Shown here piece after piece: positions 27,563 to 39,453 of a stretch of DNA of 64,000 nucleotides. The position numbers and the translations under genes were made by a program. Below the pieces are notes generated by a model. It saw only the letters and a program-made list of their open reading frames with translations, was not told the DNA's origin and searched no databases. Source of the stretch: Pseudomonadota bacterium (GTDB taxonomy: Bacteria; Pseudomonadota; Alphaproteobacteria; Rhizobiales; JANQQB01). Within the stretch, counting starts at the first letter, position 1. Every line of letters begins with the position of its first letter. The DNA lies in assembly GCA_038745065.1 (NCBI GenBank), contig JBCDLT010000022.1:19887-83886 (forward strand), given 5' to 3'.

Positions 27563-30283
27563 CTAGGAAAGGATACCTTTCAACCGATAAAGAACTTCCA
27601 GCGCCTCTCTTGGGGTCATGTCGTCGGGTGCCAGTTCGTCGACGGCCGCGCGCAGGGCGCTTGCCTCGGGGTCCAGCGCCGCGGCTTCCGCCTCATTGCG
27701 CGCCCGCGCGGCGGAGAACAGCGGCAGATCGTCGACAAGCGCGGCCGGACCGGACCGGTCGGTTTCTTCAAGACGGTGCAGAACCTCTTCCGCGCGACCG
27801 ATCACGGATGCCGGCAAGCCGGCCAGTTTGGCCACCTGGATCCCGTAGGAGCGGTCTGCCGCACCCGCGGCGATTTCGTGCAGAAAGACCAGATCGCCCT
27901 TCCATTCCTTGACCTTTACCGTTGCATTGCGGACCCGCGGAAGCCGCTCGGTCAGAGATGTCAATTCATGGTAGTGCGTGGCAAACAGGGCGCGGGACCG
28001 GTTCACCTCATGGAGATGTTCCACCGCCGCCCAGGCGATCGAGAGGCCATCGAATGTCGCCGTGCCGCGGCCGATCTCATCCAGGATTACCAGCGATCGC
28101 TCGGTCGCCTGATTGAGGATCGCCGCCGTTTCGACCATTTCGACCATGAACGTCGAACGCCCGCGGGCGAGATCGTCAGCAGCGCCAACGCGAGAAAACA
28201 GCCGGTCGACAACGCCGACATGCGCAGACCGCGCCGGCACGTAGGACCCGATCTGAGCGAGCAGTACGATCAGGGCATTCTGGCGCAAAAAGGTCGACTT
28301 GCCGGCCATGTTCGGGCCGGTCACGAGCCAGAGGCAACCGCCTTCACCGATAGCCGCGTCCGTCGGCGGACCGAGATCGCAATCGTTGGCGACGAAGGCC
28401 TTGGCCTCTTGGGCGAGGGCCTGTTCGACAACCGGATGGCGGCCGCCTTCGATCCGGAAGACCCGGCTGTTGTCGATTTTTGGCCGGCAATAGCCCCGTT
28501 CGAGCGCAAGGGCGGCGAGCGCGGCCATCAAGTCGAGGTCGGCCAACGCGCCGGCAATTGCCTTCAAGGCCGCCTCGCCGGCCAGGATCGTCTCGCGCAG
28601 GGCCTCGAAGGTTTCGAATTCGATCGCGAGCGCCCGCTCGCCGGCACTGGCAATCTTGGCTTCGAGGCCGGACAGTTCAGTCGTCGAAAACCGGACGGCA
28701 TTGGCCAGCGTCTGGCGGTGGATGAATGTGGCGTTCAGCGGATCCGCCATCATGCGGTCGGCGTGACCGGCCGGCACCTCCACAAAATAGCCGAGCACGT
28801 TGTTGTGCCTGACCTTCAGCGCCCGGATTTCCGCAAGCGCGGCATAGTCCGCCTGCAGGCCGGCAATGATGCCGCGGCTCTCGTCGCGCAGGGCCCTGAC
28901 ATCGTCCAGGTCAGCGTTGAACCCGGATCGCACGAAATTGCCGTCCCTCTTGAGGAGTGGAACATCGTCGGCAAGCGCTGCCGCAAGCCGGTCGGAAAGG
29001 TCCGATGGCGCTGCGGCCAGCGCCGCCTGCGCGGCTGCAATGTCATTGGGCAGATCCGTTGCAGCACCTGACAGCGTCGCCAGCACCGTCGCGGCACAAT
29101 CCAGTCCGACCCGGATGGTGATCATGTCACGCGGCCCGCCGCGGTTAAGGGCAAGGCGGGCAAAAGCCCGGGCGATGTCCGGCGCCGCCTTCAGGTCGCT
29201 GCGTATCCGATCCGTCAGGGTCGGATCGTTGTGAAAATGCGCGGCAGCCTCGAGCCGCTCAGCGATCGTGGCTTCGTTGCAGGACGGGTTGTTCAAGCGC
29301 TCCGCCAGGCGCCGCGCTCCCGGCCCGGTGACTGTACGGTCGATGGCATGGAACAGGCTGCCTTTGCGCTCACCCGACAGCGTCCGCATGATTTCAAGAC
29401 TGGCGCGCGTCGCGGGGTCGATGGCCAGAATCTCGGTCGCGGTCTCCCGCCGTGGCGGGTCCAGCGGCGCGTTCTCGCCGAGTTGCGTCTTGTCCATATA
29501 GGCGACGATGGCCGACGCCGCGCCGAGCTCAGCACGCGAGAAGCTGCCGAAACCCGCTAGGGCCTTCACGCCGTAATAGGCCTGAAGACGGCTTTCCGCG
29601 GTCGCACCGTCGAAAAAGGCCGCCGGCATCGGCGCGACGGCCGCCGCCAATCCGTCGACGAGCAGGCGGATCTCGTCTTCGTCATAGAGCGCTTCAGGCA
29701 GGATGATTTCACTGGCATCGATCATCGACAATCGCGTGCCCAGGCCGGACGTCCCGGTCTCGGTGACCTGGAACAGGCCGGTCGACATGTCAGTCCAGGC
29801 GATGCCGAAAGCGCCATCACGCCCCGCGCCGCGCATCCGTGTCACCGCACACAGGAAATTGTTGCGGTCGACGGCGAGCAGACTGTCTTCCGTGATCGTG
29901 CCGGGCGTCACCAGGCGAACGACATCGCGACGGACAACCGCCTTGTAGCCGCGTTTCTTGGCCTCCGACGGGTCTTCCAGCTGTTCGCAGACCGCCACCC
30001 GATGCCCTTGTGCGATCAGGCGCTGGAGATAATCGTCGGCTGCGTGCACCGGCACGCCGCACATGGGGATGTCGGCGTCCTTGTGTTTGCCGCGCCGGGT
30101 CAGCGTGATGTTGAGGGCGCGCGACGCAATCTCAGCGTCCTCGAAAAACAGTTCGTAGAAATCGCCCATCCGATAGAACAGGAGGCAATCGGGATTGGCT
30201 TCCTTGATCTGAAGATATTGCGCCATCATCGGCGTCTGCCGGGCGGCGGCGTTGTCGGTCGCTGGGACGGTCCTTTTGTTCAT
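27563..30283 (-). CDS. mutS: DNA mismatch repair protein MutS
   Basis: 906 aa. N-terminal [11 protein letters not shown], Walker [14 protein letters not shown], and DEIGRGT. Confidence 0.95.
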   Translation of the reverse strand: MNKRTVPATDNAAARQTPMMAQYLQIKEANPDCLLFYRMGDFYELFFEDAEIASRALNITLTRRGKHKDADIPMCGVPVHAADDYLQRLIAQGHRVAVCEQLEDPSEAKKRGYKAVVRRDVVRLVTPGTITEDSLLAVDRNNFLCAVTRMRGAGRDGAFGIAWTDMSTGLFQVTETGTSGLGTRLSMIDASEIILPEALYDEDEIRLLVDGLAAAVAPMPAAFFDGATAESRLQAYYGVKALAGFGSFSRAELGAASAIVAYMDKTQLGENAPLDPPRRETATEILAIDPATRASLEIMRTLSGERKGSLFHAIDRTVTGPGARRLAERLNNPSCNEATIAERLEAAAHFHNDPTLTDRIRSDLKAAPDIARAFARLALNRGGPRDMITIRVGLDCAATVLATLSGAATDLPNDIAAAQAALAAAPSDLSDRLAAALADDVPLLKRDGNFVRSGFNADLDDVRALRDESRGIIAGLQADYAALAEIRALKVRHNNVLGYFVEVPAGHADRMMADPLNATFIHRQTLANAVRFSTTELSGLEAKIASAGERALAIEFETFEALRETILAGEAALKAIAGALADLDLMAALAALALERGYCRPKIDNSRVFRIEGGRHPVVEQALAQEAKAFVANDCDLGPPTDAAIGEGGCLWLVTGPNMAGKSTFLRQNALIVLLAQIGSYVPARSAHVGVVDRLFSRVGAADDLARGRSTFMVEMVETAAILNQATERSLVILDEIGRGTATFDGLSIAWAAVEHLHEVNRSRALFATHYHELTSLTERLPRVRNATVKVKEWKGDLVFLHEIAAGAADRSYGIQVAKLAGLPASVIGRAEEVLHRLEETDRSGPAALVDDLPLFSAARARNEAEAAALDPEASALRAAVDELAPDDMTPREALEVLYRLKGILS

Positions 30284-30465
30284 AGGTGGTCCGCGGATGT
30301 TCCGGGGTTTGCCGGATTCATGGGTCTGCCCGTTTCATGCGCGCACCGCGCCGATTTTCGAAAAATTGTTTCGTCACAGAGGGAAAGGGCTTGTCCTTGA
30401 GACACGCTATACCGCACGGTAGGGTCTTCCGCACCCCCTATAAGAACTCCTAAAAAGGCCAGTCT

Positions 30466-32745
30466 ATGCCCGCGACCGACAAGTCCGCCGACAGCGTTAT
30501 CGCATTTACCGAACAGGAAGCGCTCCAATTCCACCAGCAGGGCCGTCCCGGCAAGATCGAGATGACGCCCACAAAACCGATGGCCACGCAGCGCGACCTG
30601 TCGCTGGCCTATTCTCCCGGCGTCGCGGTGCCGGTCCGCGCGATCGCCGAAGACCCGACCAAAGCGCACGATTACACCGCCAAAGGCAATATGGTGGCCG
30701 TGATTTCCAACGGTACGGCGATCCTCGGCCTCGGCAATCTGGGGGCGCTGGCATCCAAGCCGGTGATGGAAGGCAAGGCCGTGCTTTTCAAGCGCTTCGC
30801 GGACATCGACTCCATCGATCTGGAAATCGATACGTCGGACGTCGACGAATTCGTCAATTGCGTGCGTTATCTCGGCCCGGCCTTCGGCGGCATCAACCTT
30901 GAAGACATCAAGGGACCGGACTGTTTCATCATCGAGCAGCGACTGCGCGAATTGCTCGATATCCCGGTGTTTCACGACGACCAGCACGGAACGGCGATCA
31001 TCACCGCGGCCGGGTTCATCAATGCGCTCGACATCGCGGGCAAGTCGATGGGCGATATCAAGGTGGTGTGCAACGGCGCCGGGGCGGCAGGAATTGCCTG
31101 CGTGGAACTGATCAAGGCGATGGGCGTGCCGCATGACAATGTGATCATGCTCGACAGCATCGGCGTGATCTACAAGGGCCGTCAGGAACGCATGGACCAG
31201 TGGAAATCAGCGCACGCGGCCGAAACATCGGACCGGACGCTGGCGGACGCGATGAATGGCGCGGATGTTTTCCTCGGACTTTCGGTTGCCGGCGCGGTCA
31301 CTGCGGACATGGTCCGGTCCATGAAGAGCAATCCGATCCTGTTCGCCATGGCCAACCCGGATCCCGAAATCACAGTCGAAGAAGCGGAATCGGTGCGCGA
31401 CGACATCATCATCGCCACCGGCCGGTCCGACTATCCGAACCAGGTCAACAATGTGCTCGGCTTTCCCTACATCTTTCGCGGTGCCCTCGACGTGCAGGCG
31501 ACGACGATCAACGAGCCGATGAAAATCGCAGCCGCCCAGGCGCTAGCGGACCTCGCGCGCCTCGACGTTCCCGACGAAGTGGCGGCCGCCTATCGCGGCG
31601 TGCGGCCGAAATACGGACCGAAATACATCATTCCGGTGCCGTTCGATCCGCGCCTGATCTCTCATATCCCGCCGGCGGTTGCGCAGGCGGCAATGGATTC
31701 CGGCGTCGCCAAGCGTCCCATTGTCGACATGGACGCCTATCGCGGCCAGCTTTCCGGCAGGCTCGACAGGATCGCCGGCACCCTGCAACGCATCTTCTCC
31801 AAAATCCGGCAAGCTCCGAAACGGGTCGTTTTTGCGGAAGGCGAAGAAGAGACGGTTATCCGCGCGGCCTCGTCTTTTGTCGCCCAACGGCTCGGCCATG
31901 CGATCCTGATCGGTCGGGAGCACCAGATCCGGGAAACCGCCAAGGCAGCCGGCATCGAGATCCGCGACGGCATGACGATCCTGAACGCGCGGCTGTCGGA
32001 CAAGACCGTTGAATATGCGCAATTCCTGTTCGCCCGCCTGCAGCGGAAGGGTTTCCTTTTGCGCGACTGCCAGCGTCTCATCAACACCGACCGGAATCAT
32101 TTCGGCGCGACCATGGTCGCCGTGGGCGATGCGGATGCAATGGTCTCCGGCGTGACGCGGAATTATTCGGTCGTGCTGCAAGACGTCCAGCGCGTCATCG
32201 ACCCGAAACCCGGGCATGAAGTCATCGGTGTTTCCATGGCGCTGGCTCCGGGCCGGACCGTGCTGGTTGCCGATACCGCAGTGCACGACATGCCGAGTTC
32301 GCAAGAACTCGCCAACATCGCGGTCGAAGCCGCGCATGTGGCCCGCAAACTCGGTTTCGAACCGCGGGTTGCCATGCTTGCCTATGCCACGTTCGGCCAC
32401 CCTCCCGGCGAACGGGCGGAACGGGTCCAGGAAGCCGTGCGCATCCTGGACGGGCGTCGGGTCGACTTCGAATATGACGGCGAAATGGCGGCCGATGTGG
32501 CGCTGAACATGGACATCATGGCGCAATATCCGTTCTGCCGCCTGTCGGGCCCGGCCAACGTGCTCGTCATGCCGGCGTTCCACTCGGCCTCGATCTCAAC
32601 GAAGATGCTGCAGGAACTCGGCGGCGCCACGGTGCTCGGACCGCTGCTGGTCGGGCTCGACAAGCCGGTGCAGATCGTGCCGCTCGGCGCCAGCGATTCC
32701 GACATCGTCAACATGGCGGCGATCGCCGCCTACGAAGTCACCTGA
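30466..32745 (+). CDS. maeB: NADP-dependent malic enzyme (malic enzyme plus PTA-like domain)
   Basis: 759 aa with the typical MaeB architecture: an N-terminal malic/NAD-binding domain and a C-terminal phosphotransacetylase-like domain. Confidence 0.95.
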   Translation: MPATDKSADSVIAFTEQEALQFHQQGRPGKIEMTPTKPMATQRDLSLAYSPGVAVPVRAIAEDPTKAHDYTAKGNMVAVISNGTAILGLGNLGALASKPVMEGKAVLFKRFADIDSIDLEIDTSDVDEFVNCVRYLGPAFGGINLEDIKGPDCFIIEQRLRELLDIPVFHDDQHGTAIITAAGFINALDIAGKSMGDIKVVCNGAGAAGIACVELIKAMGVPHDNVIMLDSIGVIYKGRQERMDQWKSAHAAETSDRTLADAMNGADVFLGLSVAGAVTADMVRSMKSNPILFAMANPDPEITVEEAESVRDDIIIATGRSDYPNQVNNVLGFPYIFRGALDVQATTINEPMKIAAAQALADLARLDVPDEVAAAYRGVRPKYGPKYIIPVPFDPRLISHIPPAVAQAAMDSGVAKRPIVDMDAYRGQLSGRLDRIAGTLQRIFSKIRQAPKRVVFAEGEEETVIRAASSFVAQRLGHAILIGREHQIRETAKAAGIEIRDGMTILNARLSDKTVEYAQFLFARLQRKGFLLRDCQRLINTDRNHFGATMVAVGDADAMVSGVTRNYSVVLQDVQRVIDPKPGHEVIGVSMALAPGRTVLVADTAVHDMPSSQELANIAVEAAHVARKLGFEPRVAMLAYATFGHPPGERAERVQEAVRILDGRRVDFEYDGEMAADVALNMDIMAQYPFCRLSGPANVLVMPAFHSASISTKMLQELGGATVLGPLLVGLDKPVQIVPLGASDSDIVNMAAIAAYEVT

Positions 32746-32766
32746 ACGCCAACGGCCCTTGAACGA

Positions 32767-33486
32767 TCAGCCGGCAGCGGCGATCTCGGCGGCAATCGCC
32801 TCCGCCGCCGCACCCGGATCGGCAGCGGCGGCGATCGGGCGTCCAATCACAAGATAGTCCGATCCCGCGCGCACGGCGTCGCCCGGCGACATGACACGCC
32901 GCTGATCGCCGAGATCGGATCCGGCCGGCCGGATACCTGGGGTAACGAGCAGGGTTTCAGGCCGGAGCACGTTTCGCAGGCGCCCGACCTCCCGCGCGGA
33001 ACAGACAATGCCGGTCATGCCGGCCGCTTCGGCGTCGATTGCCCGCTGCTCGACCAGGTCTTCCGCGGTGCCGCCATAGCCGGCCGCCTTAAGATCGGCA
33101 TCGTCCATCGACGTCAGGACGGTGACGGCCAACAGACCCAGCGGAGCGGCTCCGCGCCCCCGGACAGCTGCGCGCATCGCATTCGGATAGGCGTGGATGG
33201 TCGCGAAGGTGACGCCCATTGCGGCGATGTTCTCCACGCCCTTTTCAACCGTATTGTCGATGTCGAGCAATTTGACGTCGAGAAACACCTTGAGGTTCTG
33301 TTCAACCAGGTCACCGGCGAAATCCAGCCCGCCGGCAAACTGCAATTGCATACCGATCTTGTAGAACGACACGACGTGGCGGGTTTTCTCGACCAGGGCA
33401 CGCGCGCGGTCGACGTCGGGCACATCGAGGGCAGCAATGATGCGGTCGGCAGGTTTTTGCGGGCGCGGCGGCTGGTTTGCGGACAT
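32767..33486 (-). CDS. pyrF: Orotidine 5'-phosphate decarboxylase
   Basis: IIAALDVPD and FLDVKLLDIDNTV active-site blocks. Confidence 0.9.
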   Translation of the reverse strand: MSANQPPRPQKPADRIIAALDVPDVDRARALVEKTRHVVSFYKIGMQLQFAGGLDFAGDLVEQNLKVFLDVKLLDIDNTVEKGVENIAAMGVTFATIHAYPNAMRAAVRGRGAAPLGLLAVTVLTSMDDADLKAAGYGGTAEDLVEQRAIDAEAAGMTGIVCSAREVGRLRNVLRPETLLVTPGIRPAGSDLGDQRRVMSPGDAVRAGSDYLVIGRPIAAAADPGAAAEAIAAEIAAAG

Positions 33487-33671
33487 GCGGTATCCTCACG
33501 CGAACGGATGCGGGGTAGGGCGAAGGCGGCGCCACCCTGCCTAGCGCAGCACCCTTTCCACGTCGAGGCAGGCTTGATATGTACAGGCCCCTGTCCACGG
33601 ATGGTCTTTTGATAGAGGCCTTTGCTGATCGGTACCGTGCGGGCGGGTCAGGATAAGAACAGGATCGCTCC

Positions 33672-34271
33672 ATGCGGAAAGCGACGATCGCGCGCCAAAC
33701 CAACGAGACACGGATCGAAGTCTCTGTCGATCTCGACGGAACCGGTCGGGCCGATATCGGAACCGGTGTCGGGTTCTTCGATCACATGCTCGACCAGGTG
33801 GCACGGCACGCGTTGATAGACCTTTCGGTACAAGCCGACGGTGATCGTCACATCGACGACCACCACACGACGGAGGATGTCGGCATCGCGCTCGGCCAAG
33901 CGGTGCGTTCCGCTCTTGGTGATCGCAAGGGCATTGTCCGGTACGCGGACGTGCACCTGCCGATGGACGAAACGCTGACACGGTGTGCGATCGATGTGTC
34001 CGGGCGGCCGTTTCTGGTGTTCGACGTCGCATTTTCCAGCGACAAGATCGGAACCTTCGATACCGAGCTGGTGCAGGAATTCTTCCAGGCATTCGCGATG
34101 AATGCCGGCGTCACGCTGCACATTGCAACGCTCACCGGCAGCAACAACCATCACATTGCGGAATCCTGTTTCAAGGCGCTGGCGCGAACGCTGCGCGCCG
34201 CCATTGAAATCGATCCGCGGCAGGCAGACCGCATCCCGTCCACCAAAGGCACGCTCGGAGAGGCTTCGTGA
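33672..34271 (+). CDS. hisB: Imidazoleglycerol-phosphate dehydratase
   Basis: [10 protein letters not shown]-type N-terminus, and [14 protein letters not shown] and NNHHIAES metal motifs. Confidence 0.95.
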   Translation: MRKATIARQTNETRIEVSVDLDGTGRADIGTGVGFFDHMLDQVARHALIDLSVQADGDRHIDDHHTTEDVGIALGQAVRSALGDRKGIVRYADVHLPMDETLTRCAIDVSGRPFLVFDVAFSSDKIGTFDTELVQEFFQAFAMNAGVTLHIATLTGSNNHHIAESCFKALARTLRAAIEIDPRQADRIPSTKGTLGEAS

Positions 34272-34762
34272 AAACCTATACCGTTCACATGAAAGCGCCG
34301 TCGGGTGACCGGACGAAGGATGCCTTGGACGCGGTCTTCATCCCCGAAGGCTTCTCCCTTTGGGCCTTTCTGTTTCCGATTCCATGGATGCTGATCAACC
34401 GGATGTGGCTGATCCTGATGACGTTCATCGTGGTCACGGGCTTTCTGGAATACGGCGCGAACTTTTTCGGACGCATTATCCCGGGTGTCTTCCTGATTCT
34501 GGCAACTGGCCTGTTCGCCTTCGAAGCCTACGCCCTGCGACGATGGACGATCGAGGGCAAGGGATATCGCCTCGTCGGTATCGCCAGCGGCCGCTCGCTT
34601 GCCGACGCCGAACAGCGGTTCTTCGAAACATGGAGCGATAGCGCGCCCGGATCGGGCCGGATCATCCGGCCGATGCCCACTGAACCGTCCGGGCACCCGG
34701 GGCGCCCGTCCGCAGAACGCCCGGTAACCGGCCTTTTCCCCCGTCCCGAGGGTGCCCGGTGA
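34268..34762 (+). CDS. DUF2628-like membrane protein embedded in the his operon
   Basis: GTGA overlaps at both ends (with the hisB stop and the hisH start). Motif [19 protein letters not shown] and hydrophobic helices. Confidence 0.75.
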   Translation: MKTYTVHMKAPSGDRTKDALDAVFIPEGFSLWAFLFPIPWMLINRMWLILMTFIVVTGFLEYGANFFGRIIPGVFLILATGLFAFEAYALRRWTIEGKGYRLVGIASGRSLADAEQRFFETWSDSAPGSGRIIRPMPTEPSGHPGRPSAERPVTGLFPRPEGAR

Positions 34763-35409
34763 CAACCGCGATCATCGATTACGGGTCCGGCAATCTGCGA
34801 TCCGCCCAAAAGGCCTTCCAGCGCGCGGCGCGCGATATCGGTCTCGCATCCGACATACTCGTGACCAGCGACCCGTCAATGGTCTCGCAGGCCGATCGCG
34901 TCGTCCTGCCAGGCGTCGGCGCGTTTGCCGATTGCCGATCGGGTCTTTCGGCGGTGGACGGGATGGAGGATGCCCTCATCGAGGCCGTCATCGAACGCGG
35001 ACAACCGTTTTTCGGCATCTGTGTCGGCATGCAATTGATGGCGTCCCGCGGTCTTGAAAAAACCGTCACGGAGGGCTTTGCATGGATTCCCGGCGACGTC
35101 GTCGAGATCCGGCCCGACGACGCATCGCTGAAGATACCGCATATGGGCTGGAACACGATCGAGGTCCGGGGCAGCCATGCCCTGCTCGACGGATTGCACA
35201 CCGGACCTGACGGCCTGCATGCCTATTTCGTGCATTCCTACCAGTTGCAAGCCACAGACGAGGACCAAGTACTCGCAGAAACCGGCTATGGCGGCCCGGT
35301 AACCGCCATCGTCGGTCGCGACACAATGATCGGAACCCAGTTCCATCCGGAAAAGAGCCAGGCGCTGGGTCTTGGTCTCATTGCCAACTTCCTCGCCTGG
35401 AAGCCCTGA
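34759..35409 (+). CDS. hisH: Imidazole glycerol phosphate synthase, glutamine amidotransferase subunit
   Basis: [19 protein letters not shown] (catalytic Cys) and QFHPEKS. Confidence 0.95.
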   Translation: MTTAIIDYGSGNLRSAQKAFQRAARDIGLASDILVTSDPSMVSQADRVVLPGVGAFADCRSGLSAVDGMEDALIEAVIERGQPFFGICVGMQLMASRGLEKTVTEGFAWIPGDVVEIRPDDASLKIPHMGWNTIEVRGSHALLDGLHTGPDGLHAYFVHSYQLQATDEDQVLAETGYGGPVTAIVGRDTMIGTQFHPEKSQALGLGLIANFLAWKP

Positions 35410-35415
35410 CAGCTT

Positions 35416-36156
35416 ATGATCCTCTATCCAGCCATCGACCTCAAGGACGGGGAATGCGTTCGCCTGATCAAAGGCGATATGGATGCCGCAACCGTATTCA
35501 ATACAAGTCCGGGCGATCAGGCCGGACAATTCGAACGGCAGGGCTTCGAATATCTCCATGTTGTGGATCTGAACGGAGCCTTTGCAGGTCAAAGCGTGAA
35601 CGGGAGCGCCGTCGACTCGATCCTGAAATCCGTCTCGATTCCGATACAATTGGGCGGCGGCCTGCGGGATATGGCCGGAATCGAAGCCTGGCTCGACAAG
35701 GGGATAGCCCGGGTGATCCTCGGCACGGCGGCGGTGCGGGATCCCCAGCTTGTCCACAGGGCCTGTCAGGCTTTTCCACAGCGCATCGCGGTCGGGATCG
35801 ATGCGCGCGGCGGGCGCGTTGCCGTTGAAGGCTGGGCGGAAACCTCGGACCTCGCCGCAGCCGAACTGGCGCGCCGTTTCGAGGATGCCGGCGTTGCCGC
35901 CCTCATCTATACCGATATCGACCGCGACGGCGTGCTTGCCGGCCTCAATATAGAGGCCACGCTGGATCTCGCCCGGTCGGTCGCCATTCCGGTCATCGCG
36001 TCGGGCGGACTTGCATCCCTTGCCGATGTCGAACGGCTGTTGCAGCCAGACGCTGAAATCCTGAACGGCGCGATCTCCGGCCGGGCACTCTATGACGGCC
36101 GGTTGGACGCCGCCGAAGCGTTGAACCTGATTGCGTCGCGGCGGCTGTCAGCCTGA
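35416..36156 (+). CDS. hisA: 1-(5-phosphoribosyl)-5-[(5-phosphoribosylamino)methylideneamino]imidazole-4-carboxamide isomerase
   Basis: [13 protein letters not shown]-terminus, a (beta/alpha)8 HisA pattern, and its position in the operon. Confidence 0.95.
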   Translation: MILYPAIDLKDGECVRLIKGDMDAATVFNTSPGDQAGQFERQGFEYLHVVDLNGAFAGQSVNGSAVDSILKSVSIPIQLGGGLRDMAGIEAWLDKGIARVILGTAAVRDPQLVHRACQAFPQRIAVGIDARGGRVAVEGWAETSDLAAAELARRFEDAGVAALIYTDIDRDGVLAGLNIEATLDLARSVAIPVIASGGLASLADVERLLQPDAEILNGAISGRALYDGRLDAAEALNLIASRRLSA

Positions 36157-36293
36157 CGGGACGATCCTTCCATGTGCCAGCAATTCTTCGATTTTTCAAA
36201 GCTCAACGCTTGCCGGACGCGCGGTTTACCGGGTGATCGAAAGCCGCTATGTGCTGAACAAACGATCTACTCCTTTGGGGAAAGTCCCCGGTC

Positions 36294-37079
36294 ATGCTGA
36301 AAGCGCGCGTGATTCCTTGTCTCGACGTCAAAGACGGCCGCGTGGTCAAGGGCGTCAATTTCGTCGATCTCATCGATGCCGGCGATCCGGTGGAGGCGGC
36401 CCGCGCCTATGATGCGGCCGGTGCGGATGAATTGTGTTTTCTCGACATTACCGCGACCCACGAGAACCGGGGCATTCTTCTCGACGTCGTCGGGCGTACG
36501 GCAGATGAATGTTTCATGCCATTGACGGTCGGCGGCGGTGTGCGCACGACCGAGGACATCCGGGCATTGCTGGTTGCCGGAGCCGACAAGGTGTCGATCA
36601 ACAGCGCAGCGGTCCGTGACCCGGAATTCGTTCGGCGCGCCGCCGACAAATTCGGCAATCAGTGCATCGTGGTTGCGATCGACGCAAAACGAGTCGATTC
36701 CGAAACAAGCTCGGAAAAATGGGAGATATTCACCCATGGGGGGCGCGAGCCGACCGGGATCGACGCGGTCGCATTCGCAGAGCGTGTCGTCCGGCTCGGC
36801 GCCGGGGAAATCCTTTTGACGTCGATGGACCGCGACGGCACAAAAATCGGATACGACCTCTCCCTGACACGCGCGATCGCCGATCGCGTTCGCGTCCCAG
36901 TGATCGCGTCGGGCGGCGTGGGAACACTCGATCATCTGGTCGACGGCATACGGCAAGGCGGAGCAACTGCCGTCCTTGCCGCGTCGATCTTTCATTTCGG
37001 AACCTTTACGATCGGCGAAGCCAAGGCGCATATGGCCTCCGCCGGCATTGCCATGCGCCTTGACGGATTACCGCGATGA
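36294..37079 (+). CDS. hisF: Imidazole glycerol phosphate synthase, cyclase subunit
   Basis: [20 protein letters not shown] and [11 protein letters not shown] blocks. Confidence 0.95.
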   Translation: MLKARVIPCLDVKDGRVVKGVNFVDLIDAGDPVEAARAYDAAGADELCFLDITATHENRGILLDVVGRTADECFMPLTVGGGVRTTEDIRALLVAGADKVSINSAAVRDPEFVRRAADKFGNQCIVVAIDAKRVDSETSSEKWEIFTHGGREPTGIDAVAFAERVVRLGAGEILLTSMDRDGTKIGYDLSLTRAIADRVRVPVIASGGVGTLDHLVDGIRQGGATAVLAASIFHFGTFTIGEAKAHMASAGIAMRLDGLPR

Positions 37080-37399
37080 GCCCGGATTTCACCCTGCAAG
37101 ATCTGGAAGACCGCATTGCGGAACGCGCCGGAGGCGATGCAGACACTTCCTACACGGCGCGGCTGCTTGGAAAGGGTACCGCGGCCTGTGCCCAGAAGGT
37201 TGGCGAGGAGGCCGTGGAAACGGTTATCGCGGCACTCAGCCAAGATCGCGAGGCCTTGCGCAACGAGGCCGCCGACCTGCTTTTCCACCTGCTTGTGCTG
37301 CTAAAGGCGCAGGACGTCAGCCTTGACGAAGTGGTCGCCGAGTTGGCAAGACGAACCGCGCAATCGGGGCTGGCGGAAAAAGCAGCGCGGAATTCCTAG
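37076..37399 (+). CDS. hisE: Phosphoribosyl-ATP pyrophosphatase
   Basis: 107 aa with [33 protein letters not shown] overlap with hisF. Confidence 0.9.
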   Translation: MSPDFTLQDLEDRIAERAGGDADTSYTARLLGKGTAACAQKVGEEAVETVIAALSQDREALRNEAADLLFHLLVLLKAQDVSLDEVVAELARRTAQSGLAEKAARNS

Positions 37400-37448
37400 C
37401 CTGTCAGCCCGGTAGAGCGGTTCAGAAATACACCAGCCTGGATTGGGC

Positions 37449-38408
37449 ATGATGATGGACCAGTTGCGAAAAGGCGCCCCTTCTCCCTATCGGACGTTTG
37501 AACGCGCCGACTGGTCAAAACTGCGTGCCGATACGCCGCTTACGCTCAGCGAAGCGGAATTGTCCAAATTGCGCAGCCTCAACGACCGGCTCTCGCTGGT
37601 TGATGTCGAAGAGATCTATCTGCCGATGTCGCGGCTTTTGACGCTTTATGTCGAAGCCATCCAGTCTCTGCATGATGCATCGGAGACGTTTCTCGGACCG
37701 TCCGACGCCACCATTCCCTTCGTGATCGGGATTGCCGGCTCCGTTGCGGTGGGCAAGTCGACCACTGCCCGGGTCCTGCAGACGCTTTTGGAGCGCTGGC
37801 CGTCGAGCCCGAAAGTGGAGCTGATCACGACGGACGGGTTCCTCTACCCGAACGCGGTCCTGGAAGCCGAAGGACTGATGGGCAAGAAAGGTTTTCCGGA
37901 AAGCTACGACCTGCCGCTTCTCCTGCAGTTCCTTTCCGACGTCAAGGCGGGCATGGCGCATGTCGAGGCGCCGGTCTACTCACACCTCGTCTATGACATC
38001 GTTCCCGGAAAGTTCGACGTGATCGACCGTCCGGATATTCTGATCGTGGAAGGGCTGAACGTTCTGCAGACAAGCCGGCTGCCGAAAGACGGCAAGGCCG
38101 TGCCCTTCGTGTCGGACTTTTTCGACTTTTCGATCTATCTCGATGCGAATGAAGCGGCCATCAGCCAGTGGTACATCGAGCGCTTCATGGATCTGCGCAA
38201 GACCCGTTTCACCGACCCCCGGTCTTATTTCCACAAATTCTCGACGGTGAGCGACGAGGAAGCCCTGGCTCTCGGCCAGGGATTATGGAACGACATTAAC
38301 CGGCGCAATCTCCTGGAAAATATCCTGCCGACACGTCCGCGGGCCGATCTCATCATGACGAAGGGCGACGATCACCTGATTGAGACCGTCGCCCTGCGCA
38401 AGATCTGA
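37449..38408 (+). CDS. coaA: Type I pantothenate kinase
   Basis: P-loop [12 protein letters not shown]. The track start 37443 is TTG, so I chose the first ATG at 37449. Confidence 0.9.
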   Translation: MMMDQLRKGAPSPYRTFERADWSKLRADTPLTLSEAELSKLRSLNDRLSLVDVEEIYLPMSRLLTLYVEAIQSLHDASETFLGPSDATIPFVIGIAGSVAVGKSTTARVLQTLLERWPSSPKVELITTDGFLYPNAVLEAEGLMGKKGFPESYDLPLLLQFLSDVKAGMAHVEAPVYSHLVYDIVPGKFDVIDRPDILIVEGLNVLQTSRLPKDGKAVPFVSDFFDFSIYLDANEAAISQWYIERFMDLRKTRFTDPRSYFHKFSTVSDEEALALGQGLWNDINRRNLLENILPTRPRADLIMTKGDDHLIETVALRKI

Positions 38409-38439
38409 ATATTGAGACTTCGAACCGAGTGACTTCGGC

Positions 38440-39339
38440 TCATGCCGCCTGAAGTGCGCCCGTCTCCCAGCCGATGATCGCCCGCTTGCGAGTGAGGCCC
38501 CAATGGTAGCCGCACAGCGACCCGGTCTTGCCGATCACGCGATGACACGGCACGACGAAAGAGAGCGGGTTCTTGCCAACTGCCGTCCCGACGGCGCGGG
38601 CGGCTGACGGTTTGCCGATGTGGGCCGCAATGTCGGAATAGGTGGTGAGTTTGCCCATCGGGATCTTTAAGAGCGTCTCCCAGACCCGGATCTCGAAATC
38701 GGAGCCGATCATGGAAATGCGCAGCGGCGTTTCGTCGGACCAGCGGTCGCGATCGAAAATCCTCGCGGCATAGGGATCGGTTGCCTCGCGGTCCGCCCGA
38801 TAGTCGGCCAGCGGCCAGCGGCCCTGCATATCCGCCAGTGCGGTGTCCTCCTTGCCCGGATCGGCAAAGGCAAGACCGGCCAGACCCTGATCGGTCACCA
38901 TCAAAAGCGCCTGGCCGAAAGGCGAGGGATGAAATCCGTACCGGATGACCAGACCGGCGCCCCGGGCCTTGTAAGCGCCCGGCGTCATCGCCTCATGGGT
39001 GACGAACAGGTCATGCAAGCGGGCCGGGCCGGACAGACCTACTTCGTACGCCGTGTCAAGCACACTGGCGGATTCCCGCAAGAGACCCCTAGCATTGTCC
39101 AGCGTGATCGCCTGGACGAATGCTTTCGGCGTCAATCCGGCCCACCGCGTGAACAAACGCTGCAATTGAAGGGGCGCGAGGCCGACATGACGGGCGAGCG
39201 TGTCCAGGCCCGGGTGATCCCGCCAATTCTCGGTCAGGTATTCGATGGTCTCGCGCACGATGGCATAATCGCCGGCCAGATCCCGTGGATCGCCGTCGGC
39301 AGGAATGTGTCCCTCGGTCATGTTCACCAAAGCATCCAT
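38440..39339 (-). CDS. AraC-type HTH fused to methylated-DNA-[protein]-cysteine S-methyltransferase (Ada-like; lacks the N-terminal Zn methyl-phosphotriester domain)
   Basis: An AraC HTH region in the N-terminal half and the MGMT active site PCHRV in the C-terminal half. Confidence 0.8.
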   Translation of the reverse strand: MDALVNMTEGHIPADGDPRDLAGDYAIVRETIEYLTENWRDHPGLDTLARHVGLAPLQLQRLFTRWAGLTPKAFVQAITLDNARGLLRESASVLDTAYEVGLSGPARLHDLFVTHEAMTPGAYKARGAGLVIRYGFHPSPFGQALLMVTDQGLAGLAFADPGKEDTALADMQGRWPLADYRADREATDPYAARIFDRDRWSDETPLRISMIGSDFEIRVWETLLKIPMGKLTTYSDIAAHIGKPSAARAVGTAVGKNPLSFVVPCHRVIGKTGSLCGYHWGLTRKRAIIGWETGALQAA

Positions 39340-39453
39340 GTCGGTCTCCCTTGTTCGCCCCTAAAGTACGAAGCGTGGGAGGGCCGAACCACCCGTTTCT
39401 TGCATTCCTGAGAAAGACCCAGACATTTCGCCGAACCAGCGGCCGACAAACCG

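Noticed and set aside
27776-29071. ORF 27776..29071 (+, 431 aa), plus ORFs 30280..31134 (-) and 31543..32583 (-) outside this span
   Set aside because: They are antisense shadows of mutS and maeB.
36172-36300. 42-codon ORF (MCQQFFDFSKLNAC...) in the hisA-hisF spacer, overlapping the hisF start
   Set aside because: Third-position G/C is only about half by hand count, far below real genes here. There is no SD, so it is probably just spacer or promoter DNA.
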